From Nitrospirae bacterium MYbin3 (lineage in GTDB: Bacteria > Nitrospirota > Thermodesulfovibrionia > Thermodesulfovibrionales > Dissulfurispiraceae), in the NCBI GenBank assembly GCA_002753335.1, contig PEAD01000024.1, positions 1 to 47,642 on the forward strand: a DNA stretch of 47,642 bases, in the 5' to 3' direction. The notes below the pieces were generated by a model that did not search any database, was not told the DNA's origin, and saw nothing but the letters and a program-made list of their open reading frames with translations. Positions 18,395-27,988 of this stretch are shown here, piece by piece. Numbering within the stretch: the first letter of the stretch is position 1; every line of letters begins with the position of its first letter. A program made the position numbers and the translations under genes.

Positions 18395-18483
18395 TTTATC
18401 CTTTCTTTAAACACTCTAGCCGCCATACACTCACAAGTTTTCTAAGTCCTGAAGAACAAATCGATAGGAAGGCAAAGGGATTC

Positions 18484-21400
18484 CTATGTGACAGACGCAG
18501 CTAAATGCGATATTTCTTTATCTTCAGGGTACAGTTTTAAGTAATACGAGTAAAGTTCTAAAGCAATATCATGCTGACCTAATGTTTTTAGAACTTCTGC
18601 ACAATTAATAATACCGTTACGGTCATCCGGCTTGAGTTCAAGAACTTTTTTAAAGACTTCAAGTGCATCCAGATATTTCTTTTGCGTCCAGAAACATACT
18701 CCTTTGTTATTGTAAGCAACAAAAGACTCAGGGTCAAGGCTAATTGCTTGATCGAAACATTGCAAAGCTTTCTCAAATTCTTCTTGCGCAAAAAACTTCT
18801 CTCCTTTTTGATTTATAGTTATAGCGTTTTTTTGTTTTTGAATTTCACGATCTATTACAATAGAAACAACCTGATCAGGATAATTAAGACCTTTAGATAT
18901 CTGCAATGGATTCTTTTGCAAGTATTCAATAGCCCATTGTTTATCCTCTGCTTTATAGATATCAGCCGGTCCGTATATAATCAAAACAGCCCTAGCCTGT
19001 GCATAATGCCCCTCATTCATTATCTGAGCAGACTGCTGTTTGCATCGCCTAAGATAATCCTCAGCCCACTGAATTTCGATATCCTCATAAAGATCACTAT
19101 GCCTTATTATGATATTTGCGTAATTGAACTCGTGTCTCCCAAACCCAGAATTTGAAAGCAATCCTTTTGAGTGCGCTCTATGATAGAAAACTACTTTCCC
19201 AATAGGAATGAATCTGGCGCCTACCTCAAGCGCTGCAATCCAGAATTCCCAGTCCTCATAGCATGTTATGCCAGTCTTATATTTACCTGCCTTTTCCCAT
19301 AATGTTCTGTTATATAGGGAAGAAATAGGGACACGATTAATACGAATCATTTCATTGGGATTAAATACTCCTGTAGTCCATCGACTGTTATTATCGCCAA
19401 AGCATTGCATTGATCCATATACAACAACATCCTGAGCAGAATATAACTGGGCAGCATTCAACAAATTCCGGATAGCATCAGCAGATAAGCGATCATCCGC
19501 ATCCAGCGGCAATATGTATTTACCTGTTGCTGCTTCAATACCTGTGTTGCGGTTGATTGCAGCCTCACCGGGTTCATACTGATTGATCAGTTTAATTTTT
19601 TGTGATGGATTTTTTGCAATTAGATCTTCTGATACAGTCTTAGTATTGTCTGTACTAGCAGCATTTACAATTATGATTTCTACGCTTCGGTATGTTTGTT
19701 TAAAGACACTTTCAACAGCCTCTTCCAAATATCGTCCATAATTGTAACATGTTATTATTACTGATACCATTGGTGATAAACTAGGAAGAAAAGACATCAA
19801 AGTATTCTCACAAACTGGAGAGAAATACCAACGGACAATATTACGTCCTTGCACAAAATGGGTCTCCCTGTCTTTGTCTGAGAGGTTGATAAGTTCCTCT
19901 GTGTGCTTTCTTATGTCTGATGGACCGTATGCCTTACGAAACCCTGGTAAAGCTTCAACTGGTGTTTTAGTTTCAACATCAAGAAAAGTTTCAGGAATAA
20001 CTTTAATAACAGGTAGTCCAACAACAAGTGCTTCATAAACACAAGCTGTATTGGAAAATATAAGAAGGTCACTGTTCAGCAAAAGTTTGTCAAGTGCTGT
20101 ATCAGAAATAAGAAAGTTGTCTGGGAAAGTGATCGCCGATGGAAGCAGCCTTTGGAAACGTTCACGAGGAAGAAACGTCGGATGTGGTTTCAAAGTAACC
20201 TGTACGTCAGGCAAGTTAATAAAAGCATGGATAACACAATCTAAAAGATATTCAGAGTCCTGGTGACCGATCGGGAACGCCACTAATATCCTCTTTAGTG
20301 CTAATTGGCTTCCCATCGTTCTTTTCATAAGTTCATAAAGATACTCATAACGAAGGGCAGGGCCAATCTGTACGCATTCTTCAGGATACCCGTTTTCGAA
20401 AAAAATATCGTATGAATACTTCCCATTACAAACGATTTTGTCCGGAAGAGTACCGGCACTCCATTCCTGTGCCGTTGGGAAATATGTTAGCCATATTCTA
20501 GGAACCGTAGCATGTTGGTATGCTGTTATTAGAGTATCAGGGAAAAATCGCCGTACCGCAGAGCAGAAAATCTTTTCCCAGTGTTGATTTTCAAAAGGAT
20601 ATATAAATTGCTTAATTATATAAGACTGATCCTTCAGTCTGCTAAGAAACGGCCAAAAAAGAAGATGGTTAGACAATATAGGCGATGCCCAAATACGAAA
20701 CAAGTCTTCTCGAAGAATTTCTTCAACACTAAGCCCCTCAAATAAAGGGCAAGTCTCAGGCATCATCTCCGGATCGCACTTATTAAACATCTCTTCAGAT
20801 GCCCAACGATAATCCTCTGGTTTCAAGAAATCCTGCATCATCAGAACTTTCCCTTGTGATGACCTTACCCTTCTTGCTGCTTCATCCCATGGTAAAGAAG
20901 TTTGGCAGATAAAGGGAATCCACGCAATCTTGTAACCGGATTTTCTAAGCCACTCAGGAAGCCGCCCAAAATATCTATCCTTAATTCCATCAGAGGCGGA
21001 AAGGACCCCATCATCAACATACGTGACAATAGCAAAATCTATTTCTTCATTGTTATCATCGGTATAAGCGTCAGACGACCAAAGAGAAATCATAGTTTCT
21101 GCATGCCTTTTGTAAAGAGCCTCTATTTCTCCCCTGAGTTTCTCATGGGCATTCGAATTCAATGCAAATGACATTTCTTTGGAAGCCTGTTTTATGAGCT
21201 GTCTCCTTAGCCCTGGGTTTTCTACAACTACAAGAATATTCTCTGCATTGTCTCTTTTGGAGATAGAAGTTGACAGCATCAAAAAACATAGAGAAGAAAA
21301 AAGCGATGAGTACGGATTTTTGCTAACCACATCCCCGGCAAGCCACGGTAGATTCGAATTCAATTGCAACATTTCGTCTGTCCAGTTTAAGAAAGGAGTC

Positions 21401-23367
21401 CTTATTTTTTCAGCAATCTCTTGTATCTCTTTACCAAGCGGAATTCTGGAGATTTCTTTAAGACTACTATTTTCTAAATGAATCGCCAAACCGTAATTAG
21501 TACCCAAATAACACCATGAATTAAATTGCGAAATAGGCTTCAAACTGCCCACCTCTTCAGGGGCAATAAAAAAAATATTAGATGATACTTTGGAATCTTC
21601 CAATACGGAAGGATAGTAATTTTCAGAATAATTCGAACTGATATTGCGAATCAAAGACAATATATTCAGTTCAGGTTTTTCTTTCTGAACAAAACGGTTA
21701 TAAAAAGCATTGTCACGCTTCTTCTCAAGTCTGCCCTCAAAATAACGCCTTACGGCCAGAATCAAATCCTCAACAGATTCAAAATAATGTACCCTTTTCT
21801 TCAACATATCTAAAGCATCCTGCTCAATAGGTCTAACCTCATCGTTTAAGAGAAAAATTTCGATATCCAACCCCAGCACCTCATATAGGGTTGTTGTCGG
21901 ATGCTCAATTATTATCGCCTTTGCCGAAACAACAGCCATAATGTCAGAGAACATTAAATCCTTATTTACAACATACCCTGAATGAGTGGACATTGTTTCC
22001 CATAAAGCAAGATTCATCTGAGATGAGCCGGGTAGTGGCTTTACAAGAACTCGAAGCTTAATCGAATCTAAAAACTCTAAAACCAGGTGTTGCCTATTTG
22101 CAAGAATATCAGGCTTTTGCCTGCACATGCCAAATTCGAGCATAGAAATTGTGTTCGTAATCGGGAAAATTATATCGAACTGCACAATTTCTTCCTTCTT
22201 TTCCGGGAAGCAAAGTCCTAACGGGTATATAACAGATCTGGGAAATACATCAGGATAAACTTTTTGCACATCCTCACCTGTAAAGCCATAGCTTATATAG
22301 TGGCTGCACTTGCTGGTATCACTTATATCAACTTCATGCCCATGCTGGTTAGCAAATAGACCGCCATGCTGGACGCCGACAACTGGAATTGAATGTGACA
22401 TCAAGATATCAAATGCCAAAGCCTGCATGTTAAAGACAGGTGGACAGTCCCACAAGCCCATATTTACATTATATTTATCAATAGCCATACAAACTGCTTT
22501 GGAATAGGCTATATACACATCTGTATTTATACTTAAATCTTCAGCTATTTCTGAAAGAATATAACCTGGCAATGAATTATTGGACGATAAATCAAATGGC
22601 ACAGAAGCGGCATCAAGATCAAAAAAAACATTCTCTTCGTATGGTAACTCAGAGGCTATTCCTTCAATGGTTGCTAAATCAATAATATTAAACTCTGAAT
22701 AAAGAGCAGGTCTGATATTCTTTAAATTATAATTCAAGCTGTATGAGATGATAGAAGATTTTTTAGAATCGATTTTAAACTCGGGAATTGATCTAAGTTT
22801 TATATGTTCAGGAACCCACGCTTTTAAGCAGGTTTGAATAGATAAGAACTCATTGTCATTTGCATCCCTTACAACTACAAATGCATCAGAAAATCCAAGA
22901 TGATTTACAAGATCTGCAAAAGAGTTTCTGGTTTTTATATCCTGGGCTGTGCGAACATTGTAAATCATCATGCGCTGCGGCGAATAGAAGGATACAGCCC
23001 GCAAAATACAATCACTCAGGCCTAGATAGTTTACAGCTTGGCAATATGCCGGATAGCCATAGATAGAAAAAAAGAAATTAAAATTTTTAGCTTGAACAGC
23101 TCTTGATATGTATTCTGAATATATTTGATGCAGGGCGTTGGTTAAGCCTAGTGAAATATTGCGTGCAGTTATAATATTTTTATAAGCTTCCTTGGAATCT
23201 ATAAAACTACTTAGACATACTGCTGAAATACCGCGATTACGCAAAAAATAATCAACTGCGGTATTTGTGGTCAAAACAACAGGGTCTTTAGAAAACAGAT
23301 TACGGGAATTGATGAAATGACCCCCATCCTCGACAGTGTTCATTATAATCAACTCTTGAGATTTCAT
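18484..23367 (-). CDS. 1627-aa multidomain glycosyltransferase: two GT-B-like surface-carbohydrate domains + GT2 + TPR
   Basis: Domain 1: VGVQHGG...KPLP. Domain 2: DRYFG...FENQHWEK...AYQH...ALRYEYL...KPHP. GT2: VSVIITCYNYG...LPLDADD...YEDWEFW. TPRs at the C-terminus. Confidence 0.75.
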   Translation of the reverse strand: MKSQELIIMNTVEDGGHFINSRNLFSKDPVVLTTNTAVDYFLRNRGISAVCLSSFIDSKEAYKNIITARNISLGLTNALHQIYSEYISRAVQAKNFNFFFSIYGYPAYCQAVNYLGLSDCILRAVSFYSPQRMMIYNVRTAQDIKTRNSFADLVNHLGFSDAFVVVRDANDNEFLSIQTCLKAWVPEHIKLRSIPEFKIDSKKSSIISYSLNYNLKNIRPALYSEFNIIDLATIEGIASELPYEENVFFDLDAASVPFDLSSNNSLPGYILSEIAEDLSINTDVYIAYSKAVCMAIDKYNVNMGLWDCPPVFNMQALAFDILMSHSIPVVGVQHGGLFANQHGHEVDISDTSKCSHYISYGFTGEDVQKVYPDVFPRSVIYPLGLCFPEKKEEIVQFDIIFPITNTISMLEFGMCRQKPDILANRQHLVLEFLDSIKLRVLVKPLPGSSQMNLALWETMSTHSGYVVNKDLMFSDIMAVVSAKAIIIEHPTTTLYEVLGLDIEIFLLNDEVRPIEQDALDMLKKRVHYFESVEDLILAVRRYFEGRLEKKRDNAFYNRFVQKEKPELNILSLIRNISSNYSENYYPSVLEDSKVSSNIFFIAPEEVGSLKPISQFNSWCYLGTNYGLAIHLENSSLKEISRIPLGKEIQEIAEKIRTPFLNWTDEMLQLNSNLPWLAGDVVSKNPYSSLFSSLCFLMLSTSISKRDNAENILVVVENPGLRRQLIKQASKEMSFALNSNAHEKLRGEIEALYKRHAETMISLWSSDAYTDDNNEEIDFAIVTYVDDGVLSASDGIKDRYFGRLPEWLRKSGYKIAWIPFICQTSLPWDEAARRVRSSQGKVLMMQDFLKPEDYRWASEEMFNKCDPEMMPETCPLFEGLSVEEILREDLFRIWASPILSNHLLFWPFLSRLKDQSYIIKQFIYPFENQHWEKIFCSAVRRFFPDTLITAYQHATVPRIWLTYFPTAQEWSAGTLPDKIVCNGKYSYDIFFENGYPEECVQIGPALRYEYLYELMKRTMGSQLALKRILVAFPIGHQDSEYLLDCVIHAFINLPDVQVTLKPHPTFLPRERFQRLLPSAITFPDNFLISDTALDKLLLNSDLLIFSNTACVYEALVVGLPVIKVIPETFLDVETKTPVEALPGFRKAYGPSDIRKHTEELINLSDKDRETHFVQGRNIVRWYFSPVCENTLMSFLPSLSPMVSVIITCYNYGRYLEEAVESVFKQTYRSVEIIIVNAASTDNTKTVSEDLIAKNPSQKIKLINQYEPGEAAINRNTGIEAATGKYILPLDADDRLSADAIRNLLNAAQLYSAQDVVVYGSMQCFGDNNSRWTTGVFNPNEMIRINRVPISSLYNRTLWEKAGKYKTGITCYEDWEFWIAALEVGARFIPIGKVVFYHRAHSKGLLSNSGFGRHEFNYANIIIRHSDLYEDIEIQWAEDYLRRCKQQSAQIMNEGHYAQARAVLIIYGPADIYKAEDKQWAIEYLQKNPLQISKGLNYPDQVVSIVIDREIQKQKNAITINQKGEKFFAQEEFEKALQCFDQAISLDPESFVAYNNKGVCFWTQKKYLDALEVFKKVLELKPDDRNGIINCAEVLKTLGQHDIALELYSYYLKLYPEDKEISHLAASVT

Positions 23368-23376
23368 TATATAATC

Positions 23377-24432
23377 CTAACCTGTAGACAAGGCTGAATA
23401 TGATTCGCCACTATTAAGTGACCGTAGGCAATTTGTACAATATTTGTTGACCTTTTTCTCAACAAATTGTCGTCTCAAATCTATCATATAAGGAGAATTC
23501 CATGCGTCTTTTATAGACATGTCTTTTATGTTTCCAATCGTAAGATGCTTACAAAACTCGCTGCAACAGGGCTTATAATCTCCATTCCAGTTAATGTAAA
23601 TCATCGTCCATGGGTAATTGCAATATGGGTCTTGAATATAATCATATTTCAGCAAATCAATATTCTTTATGTCTATAAGTGGTTGAATATCAACCTCATC
23701 AGCTATCTTTGACCAAAATCTAATGAAGTCATCGCATTCATTAATAGTCAAATTCGACTTTATCATTGTCACTCTTAGTACCGGCAATGCAGTGCCACGT
23801 TTTTCCCTTCTATCGAGAAAATTGAAGATATTCGACATTAGTTTATAAAAATGCTTTCCACGCACTTTATTGTAAGTCTCATTTGATACGGCATCGATTG
23901 AAACAGAAAGGCGCGTAACTCCGCTGTTCAGAATCACATTAATTTTTTCGTCATTTAGCAGCGTACCATTTGTGCAGACCCAAAAATCTTCGAACCGCTT
24001 ACTGCCTATATGTGCCATAACTTCTAAAATACTATCATAAAGGAACATCTCACTTTCTGTTCCAAGGTTTATTGAGTGAACCCCTATCTCCTTGCATTCA
24101 TCTATAAGTTTAAAGATTTCATCAAATTCCATTCGTCTCTTTAAGGTGCGGTCTTTATTGAATACACGGTAACAATGGGCGCAATGCAGATTGCAGGCAT
24201 CGCTCAATGCAAAAGCTACGTGCGGAGGAAAATCTAAGCTCTTTTCTCCCTTGCGTATAGACTCCCATACTTCACGATACTGCAAAAATCTTTGAGCTTT
24301 CTGAGTATCGCCATGCGAAACATAATAATCGTATATGATTTTATTAGGATCCTTAGAACCACGATGAATTATATGCTTAATAGCCTCGGTGCGCGGGATT
24401 AGCTCGTTTACATTATCATTGCTCAGTCCCAT
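23377..24432 (-). CDS. radical SAM protein with SPASM/twitch domain
   Basis: CNLHCAHC, TNGTLL, SVSIDA; C-terminal CNYPW...NGDYKPCC...IGNI...CTNC. Confidence 0.9.
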   Translation of the reverse strand: MGLSNDNVNELIPRTEAIKHIIHRGSKDPNKIIYDYYVSHGDTQKAQRFLQYREVWESIRKGEKSLDFPPHVAFALSDACNLHCAHCYRVFNKDRTLKRRMEFDEIFKLIDECKEIGVHSINLGTESEMFLYDSILEVMAHIGSKRFEDFWVCTNGTLLNDEKINVILNSGVTRLSVSIDAVSNETYNKVRGKHFYKLMSNIFNFLDRREKRGTALPVLRVTMIKSNLTINECDDFIRFWSKIADEVDIQPLIDIKNIDLLKYDYIQDPYCNYPWTMIYINWNGDYKPCCSEFCKHLTIGNIKDMSIKDAWNSPYMIDLRRQFVEKKVNKYCTNCLRSLNSGESYSALSTG

Positions 24433-25562
24433 ATATTATCCTTTACCCAGGAGCCGTCAGGAAGCCGCTCCCAAACTCTTTTGTCTCTGAATGAATCAGC
24501 TATGGTATCAAACTCGGTTTCGTTCATCTCAACATAGTCAAGCCAGCGATAAAGATCCTTAGGTTTAACCTGATCATACTTCTTAACCATTTCTATGCCT
24601 TCATCTCTGCTCATAAGGCCGTCTCGAATATCCTTGCACGCATGATCGGTAGCCCTCCCATAGCCAAACTTTATATATTTCATGTAGTCATGAATGCCAT
24701 TTTCATGCATGTCATCCAGGTTGGATGTCTTTCTGTAAGTGCGGTCAAAGCCGTTCCCATATTCAATAAACCCATATTTATCTATTACCAGCTTAGTATG
24801 TTCATTGGGATTCCATCTTACATAATTGGAAATATAGATTCCGCGGACCCCAACTCTCTTGATATCTTCATCCGAAGGATACTTTGCCCAAAGAAGTTCA
24901 TTTCCCTTGATGGGCTCCTTTTCATCATTAATCATATCGTACCATTCATAGCCCCTCAATCCATGCTCATGCCTAAATCTATAGGTAAACTCAACATAGT
25001 CACTATAGGAATGCATACCTCCCATATCCATAAAACCATGTTCACCCCAAATAATTAGCGGGATATTAAATTTAACCGATACTATTATAGGGTAAGTAAA
25101 TATACCGCAATGTGCATGCCAGTTCATATCCCCCATCTTACTAAAGCAAAGTCTATTCATCCTTTTGAGCAGATTAACGCTGGGGGTAAAGAAGATATGA
25201 TCAACACCAAAAACATTTCTCATATTTATCAGGTTTTTCATACCGGGTTCCGTATAATTATTCGCATTATACGTAACCAGCAAAGGATTAATTCCGAAAA
25301 TATTCTTTATAATATGTGTCTGAAAATAGCTGTCTTTACCACCACTCACCGGTATTATGCAGTCATAATTTGAATTATCCTTGGAACGATAAGAATCCAA
25401 AAGAACCTTGAGTTGGCTATGCCTTCTTTCCCAATCAATCTCATACTTCTGCTCAGAAACTCTGCATCCACTGCAAATGCCGGCATCATCAAACTCTACC
25501 GGAACCGCAGAAGATGACGGCATAACACATTTCTTGCAATATTTGACCTTTCCAAGCTTCAT
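24423..25562 (-). CDS. N-acetyl sugar amidotransferase (WbuX/PseA/PtmG family)
   Basis: YCKKCVMP...GICSGC, YDCIIPVSGGKDSYFQ, WGE and YIKFGYGRAT. Adjacent to hisF and hisH paralogues. Confidence 0.9.
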   Translation of the reverse strand: MKLGKVKYCKKCVMPSSSAVPVEFDDAGICSGCRVSEQKYEIDWERRHSQLKVLLDSYRSKDNSNYDCIIPVSGGKDSYFQTHIIKNIFGINPLLVTYNANNYTEPGMKNLINMRNVFGVDHIFFTPSVNLLKRMNRLCFSKMGDMNWHAHCGIFTYPIIVSVKFNIPLIIWGEHGFMDMGGMHSYSDYVEFTYRFRHEHGLRGYEWYDMINDEKEPIKGNELLWAKYPSDEDIKRVGVRGIYISNYVRWNPNEHTKLVIDKYGFIEYGNGFDRTYRKTSNLDDMHENGIHDYMKYIKFGYGRATDHACKDIRDGLMSRDEGIEMVKKYDQVKPKDLYRWLDYVEMNETEFDTIADSFRDKRVWERLPDGSWVKDNIWD

Positions 25563-25570
25563 AATTCCCC

Positions 25571-26365
25571 CTATCCCAACGCTGTTTCAGCCCCACGCCT
25601 CACATTTATATTCGCACTTATCAAGGCCTTTTTAATATGATAATCGCTGTGTTCCTTAAAATGAAAAATATTACCGGCCGCCACCGCTGCAGGATCTGCT
25701 TTCTCAAAACATTCCACAAAATCATAATAATCACCGGCTCCACCCAGCGCTATAACAGGAATATTAACACCATCAACAACCAGTTTAATAGTCACGGTGT
25801 CATACCCTTGAGCCGTACCGTCCCTGCTTATGCTGTTTAAAATTATCTCTCCTATTCCCTCCATCTCTAACTGCCGGCACCATTGCAATACACTATAGTT
25901 GGAACATATTTTCCCGTAAGAATGGTATACGAGATCTCCGATATAATCCACAGATGCCACTAAGGCTTGGGATCCAAAAACCCTAACAGCATCCAAAACA
26001 AAGCTTTTATCGTAGAATAGAATTGAATTAAGGATAACCTTGTCAGCACCGCATTGGAGGGTCATTTCAATATCCTTTAAGGTTCTAATACCTCCTCCGA
26101 AACTTAGCGGGACAAAACATTTCTTTGAAATCTCTTTCAGCAGCTCAAATCTATTATTAGGAATCTTAACCTTATGCTCACTGCGTCTAATATCATACAC
26201 ATCATCTTTGCTGATATTTATATATGCTATTTCATCTACAGCCCACTGACTAAACCTCTCCAGTTCATTTATTGGGTTCCCAATCAATTGATGAATAGAA
26301 AATTTCTCGCTCCTTATAATGAAGCCGTTCTTCAGAAATAGGCATGGTATAACCCTTTTTTTCAT
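25571..26365 (-). CDS. hisF: HisF-like cyclase paralogue (WbuZ/AglZ type)
   Basis: KRVIPCL (lacks the catalytic Asp of true HisF), FGGGIRT, GADKV, RDGTAQGYD and IPVIALGGAG. Sugar-cluster context. Confidence 0.85.
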   Translation of the reverse strand: MKKRVIPCLFLKNGFIIRSEKFSIHQLIGNPINELERFSQWAVDEIAYINISKDDVYDIRRSEHKVKIPNNRFELLKEISKKCFVPLSFGGGIRTLKDIEMTLQCGADKVILNSILFYDKSFVLDAVRVFGSQALVASVDYIGDLVYHSYGKICSNYSVLQWCRQLEMEGIGEIILNSISRDGTAQGYDTVTIKLVVDGVNIPVIALGGAGDYYDFVECFEKADPAAVAAGNIFHFKEHSDYHIKKALISANINVRRGAETALG

Positions 26366-26973
26366 ACCGTTATATTTGAAAAAAATTCCAGCAGCTTCAA
26401 TCCCGCGATATGACTCTTTTCGGGATGAAACTGAACACCATAAATATTGCCCTTTTGTATCCCTGAAATAATTGAGTCTTTATCGCCGCTTATTATGGAT
26501 ACTATATCAGGATTTAAAGGAACTACCTGATAGCTGTGAAGATAATAAAAGTCCTCTTTTTGGCCCTTTGAGAAACCGAGAAAATCATGCATAAACAAAC
26601 TCTCGTCCCAGCCGATCCTAGGCAGAGAGTATTCGCTGCTATGTTTCAGTTTCTTAACCTTGCCGGGCAATATTGAAAGTCCTTTGACCCCAGGCGATTC
26701 ATCACTCGCTTCAAACATGAGCTGCATTCCAAGACATATCCCCAAAACCGGTTTATGTGAATCAAGAGCTCCATATATGAGGTCATCAGCAAGATCATTT
26801 CGCTTTAGCGCGCTCATCCCGGCCTCAAATGTCCCTACCCCGGGAACTATTATATGCGTAGCCTTAGAAATATCTTCCCTACGATCCGATACCCAATAAG
26901 GAATTCCCAGAAACAAGAGCGCGTTTACGACAGAACTTAGGTTAGAAATCTTAAGATCCAAAACAAGAAGCAT
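26362..26973 (-). CDS. hisH: HisH-like glutamine amidotransferase subunit (WbuY type)
   Basis: PGVGTF, LGICLGMQL, YYLHSY and GVQFHPEKS; catalytic triad intact. Confidence 0.9.
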   Translation of the reverse strand: MLLVLDLKISNLSSVVNALLFLGIPYWVSDRREDISKATHIIVPGVGTFEAGMSALKRNDLADDLIYGALDSHKPVLGICLGMQLMFEASDESPGVKGLSILPGKVKKLKHSSEYSLPRIGWDESLFMHDFLGFSKGQKEDFYYLHSYQVVPLNPDIVSIISGDKDSIISGIQKGNIYGVQFHPEKSHIAGLKLLEFFSNITV

Positions 26974-26978
26974 TCTCG

Positions 26979-27962
26979 TTAAACCTTTCTTGCCGATACC
27001 AGCATATGGGAAGAAAGATTTTGCTTTTGAATAAATTCCTGAAAAAGCTTTCCTGTAGTATCATAGTTATCAACACAAATATTTCTAATGAAACCTCCAG
27101 GCAAAAATTCCCCCGACAAAATCTTTTTTCTGACAAGCTCAACATCTAATTTCCCGGGGGTTTCGATATGAAGCAGCTCAAACCTGCTATTTTCTAGGAT
27201 TATCTTTATAGCTTTTTCATTAAAATAGTTTAAATGTTCATGATCTATGCTGTCAGATTCCATGCCTAAAACAGATATGTCAAAGCCGTCATAATTTGGA
27301 AAAGTCATTAATAAAACACCACCGTCCAGTAACAGGGAATTTATCTTGGCAAGATGCTGCAATGGATTCATCACATGCTCGATAACCTCGAATGAAACCA
27401 CAACATTAAACTTTTCCTGAATAGCGACATCTTCAAGAATACCATTATACATTTTAAATCCCTTATCCTTTGTTGTTTCGTACAAGGCATCTGTTGCTTC
27501 TAATCCGACAATATCAGCAAATATATTTCTCTTTGCTAGTTCCTCACAAAAAATGCCAAACCCGGCACCTATCTCAAGGATACTATTCAATGACACACCG
27601 TATTCCTTGCAAATACTTACCACTTTATCCACACGCGGTATAAATATATTTTTTCTCCTGGCTTCCTTTGAGGCCGGGAAAATATAATCATTGAAATATT
27701 TGTAATTGGCAGACTTTGAATAAAATTCTCCCAATATTGACTGCGTAGGACGAGGGCTCATATATAGCATCCTGCAAGATGAACATTCTTTGTACTCAAA
27801 TCCAATTTTAGTAAAAACCGTTTTCTTATTATCCATACCACATGCAGGGCAGCTTATCTCGACAAACTCTTTTTTGTTGGCATGCAGGAAGGCAATATCC
27901 TGTGCTATATAAGATTCCTGATCTTTTTTTAAAGCATCCGGTCTTATATCATCTTCTAGCAA
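26979..27962 (-). CDS. class I SAM methyltransferase with N-terminal zinc ribbon
   Basis: CPAC...CSSC...SPRP, ILEIGAGFG, SFEVIEH and EHLNYF. TTG 27962 has an AGGAGG RBS 6 nt upstream. Confidence 0.85.
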   Translation of the reverse strand: MLEDDIRPDALKKDQESYIAQDIAFLHANKKEFVEISCPACGMDNKKTVFTKIGFEYKECSSCRMLYMSPRPTQSILGEFYSKSANYKYFNDYIFPASKEARRKNIFIPRVDKVVSICKEYGVSLNSILEIGAGFGIFCEELAKRNIFADIVGLEATDALYETTKDKGFKMYNGILEDVAIQEKFNVVVSFEVIEHVMNPLQHLAKINSLLLDGGVLLMTFPNYDGFDISVLGMESDSIDHEHLNYFNEKAIKIILENSRFELLHIETPGKLDVELVRKKILSGEFLPGGFIRNICVDNYDTTGKLFQEFIQKQNLSSHMLVSARKV

Positions 27963-27988
27963 AGCATTCCTCCTGAATAACCAATGTC

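Noticed and set aside
750..22628. A8 homopolymers (e.g. 750-757, 15131-15138, 22621-22628) as phase-variation tracts
   Set aside because: Expected in AT-rich Lys/Phe codons. The ORFs are intact, and no long poly-G/C tracts were seen.
18314..24432. RiPP system (26-aa Cys peptide as substrate of the SPASM/twitch enzymes)
   Set aside because: No RRE/PqqD, peptidase or exporter; the peptide is 5 kb from the nearest rSAM gene, and both rSAM genes are coupled to sugar-pathway genes.
25571..26973. Histidine biosynthesis operon
   Set aside because: No other his genes are present, the HisF paralogue lacks the catalytic Asp, and the pair adjoins a WbuX-family gene, so it is an ammonia supply for sugar modification.
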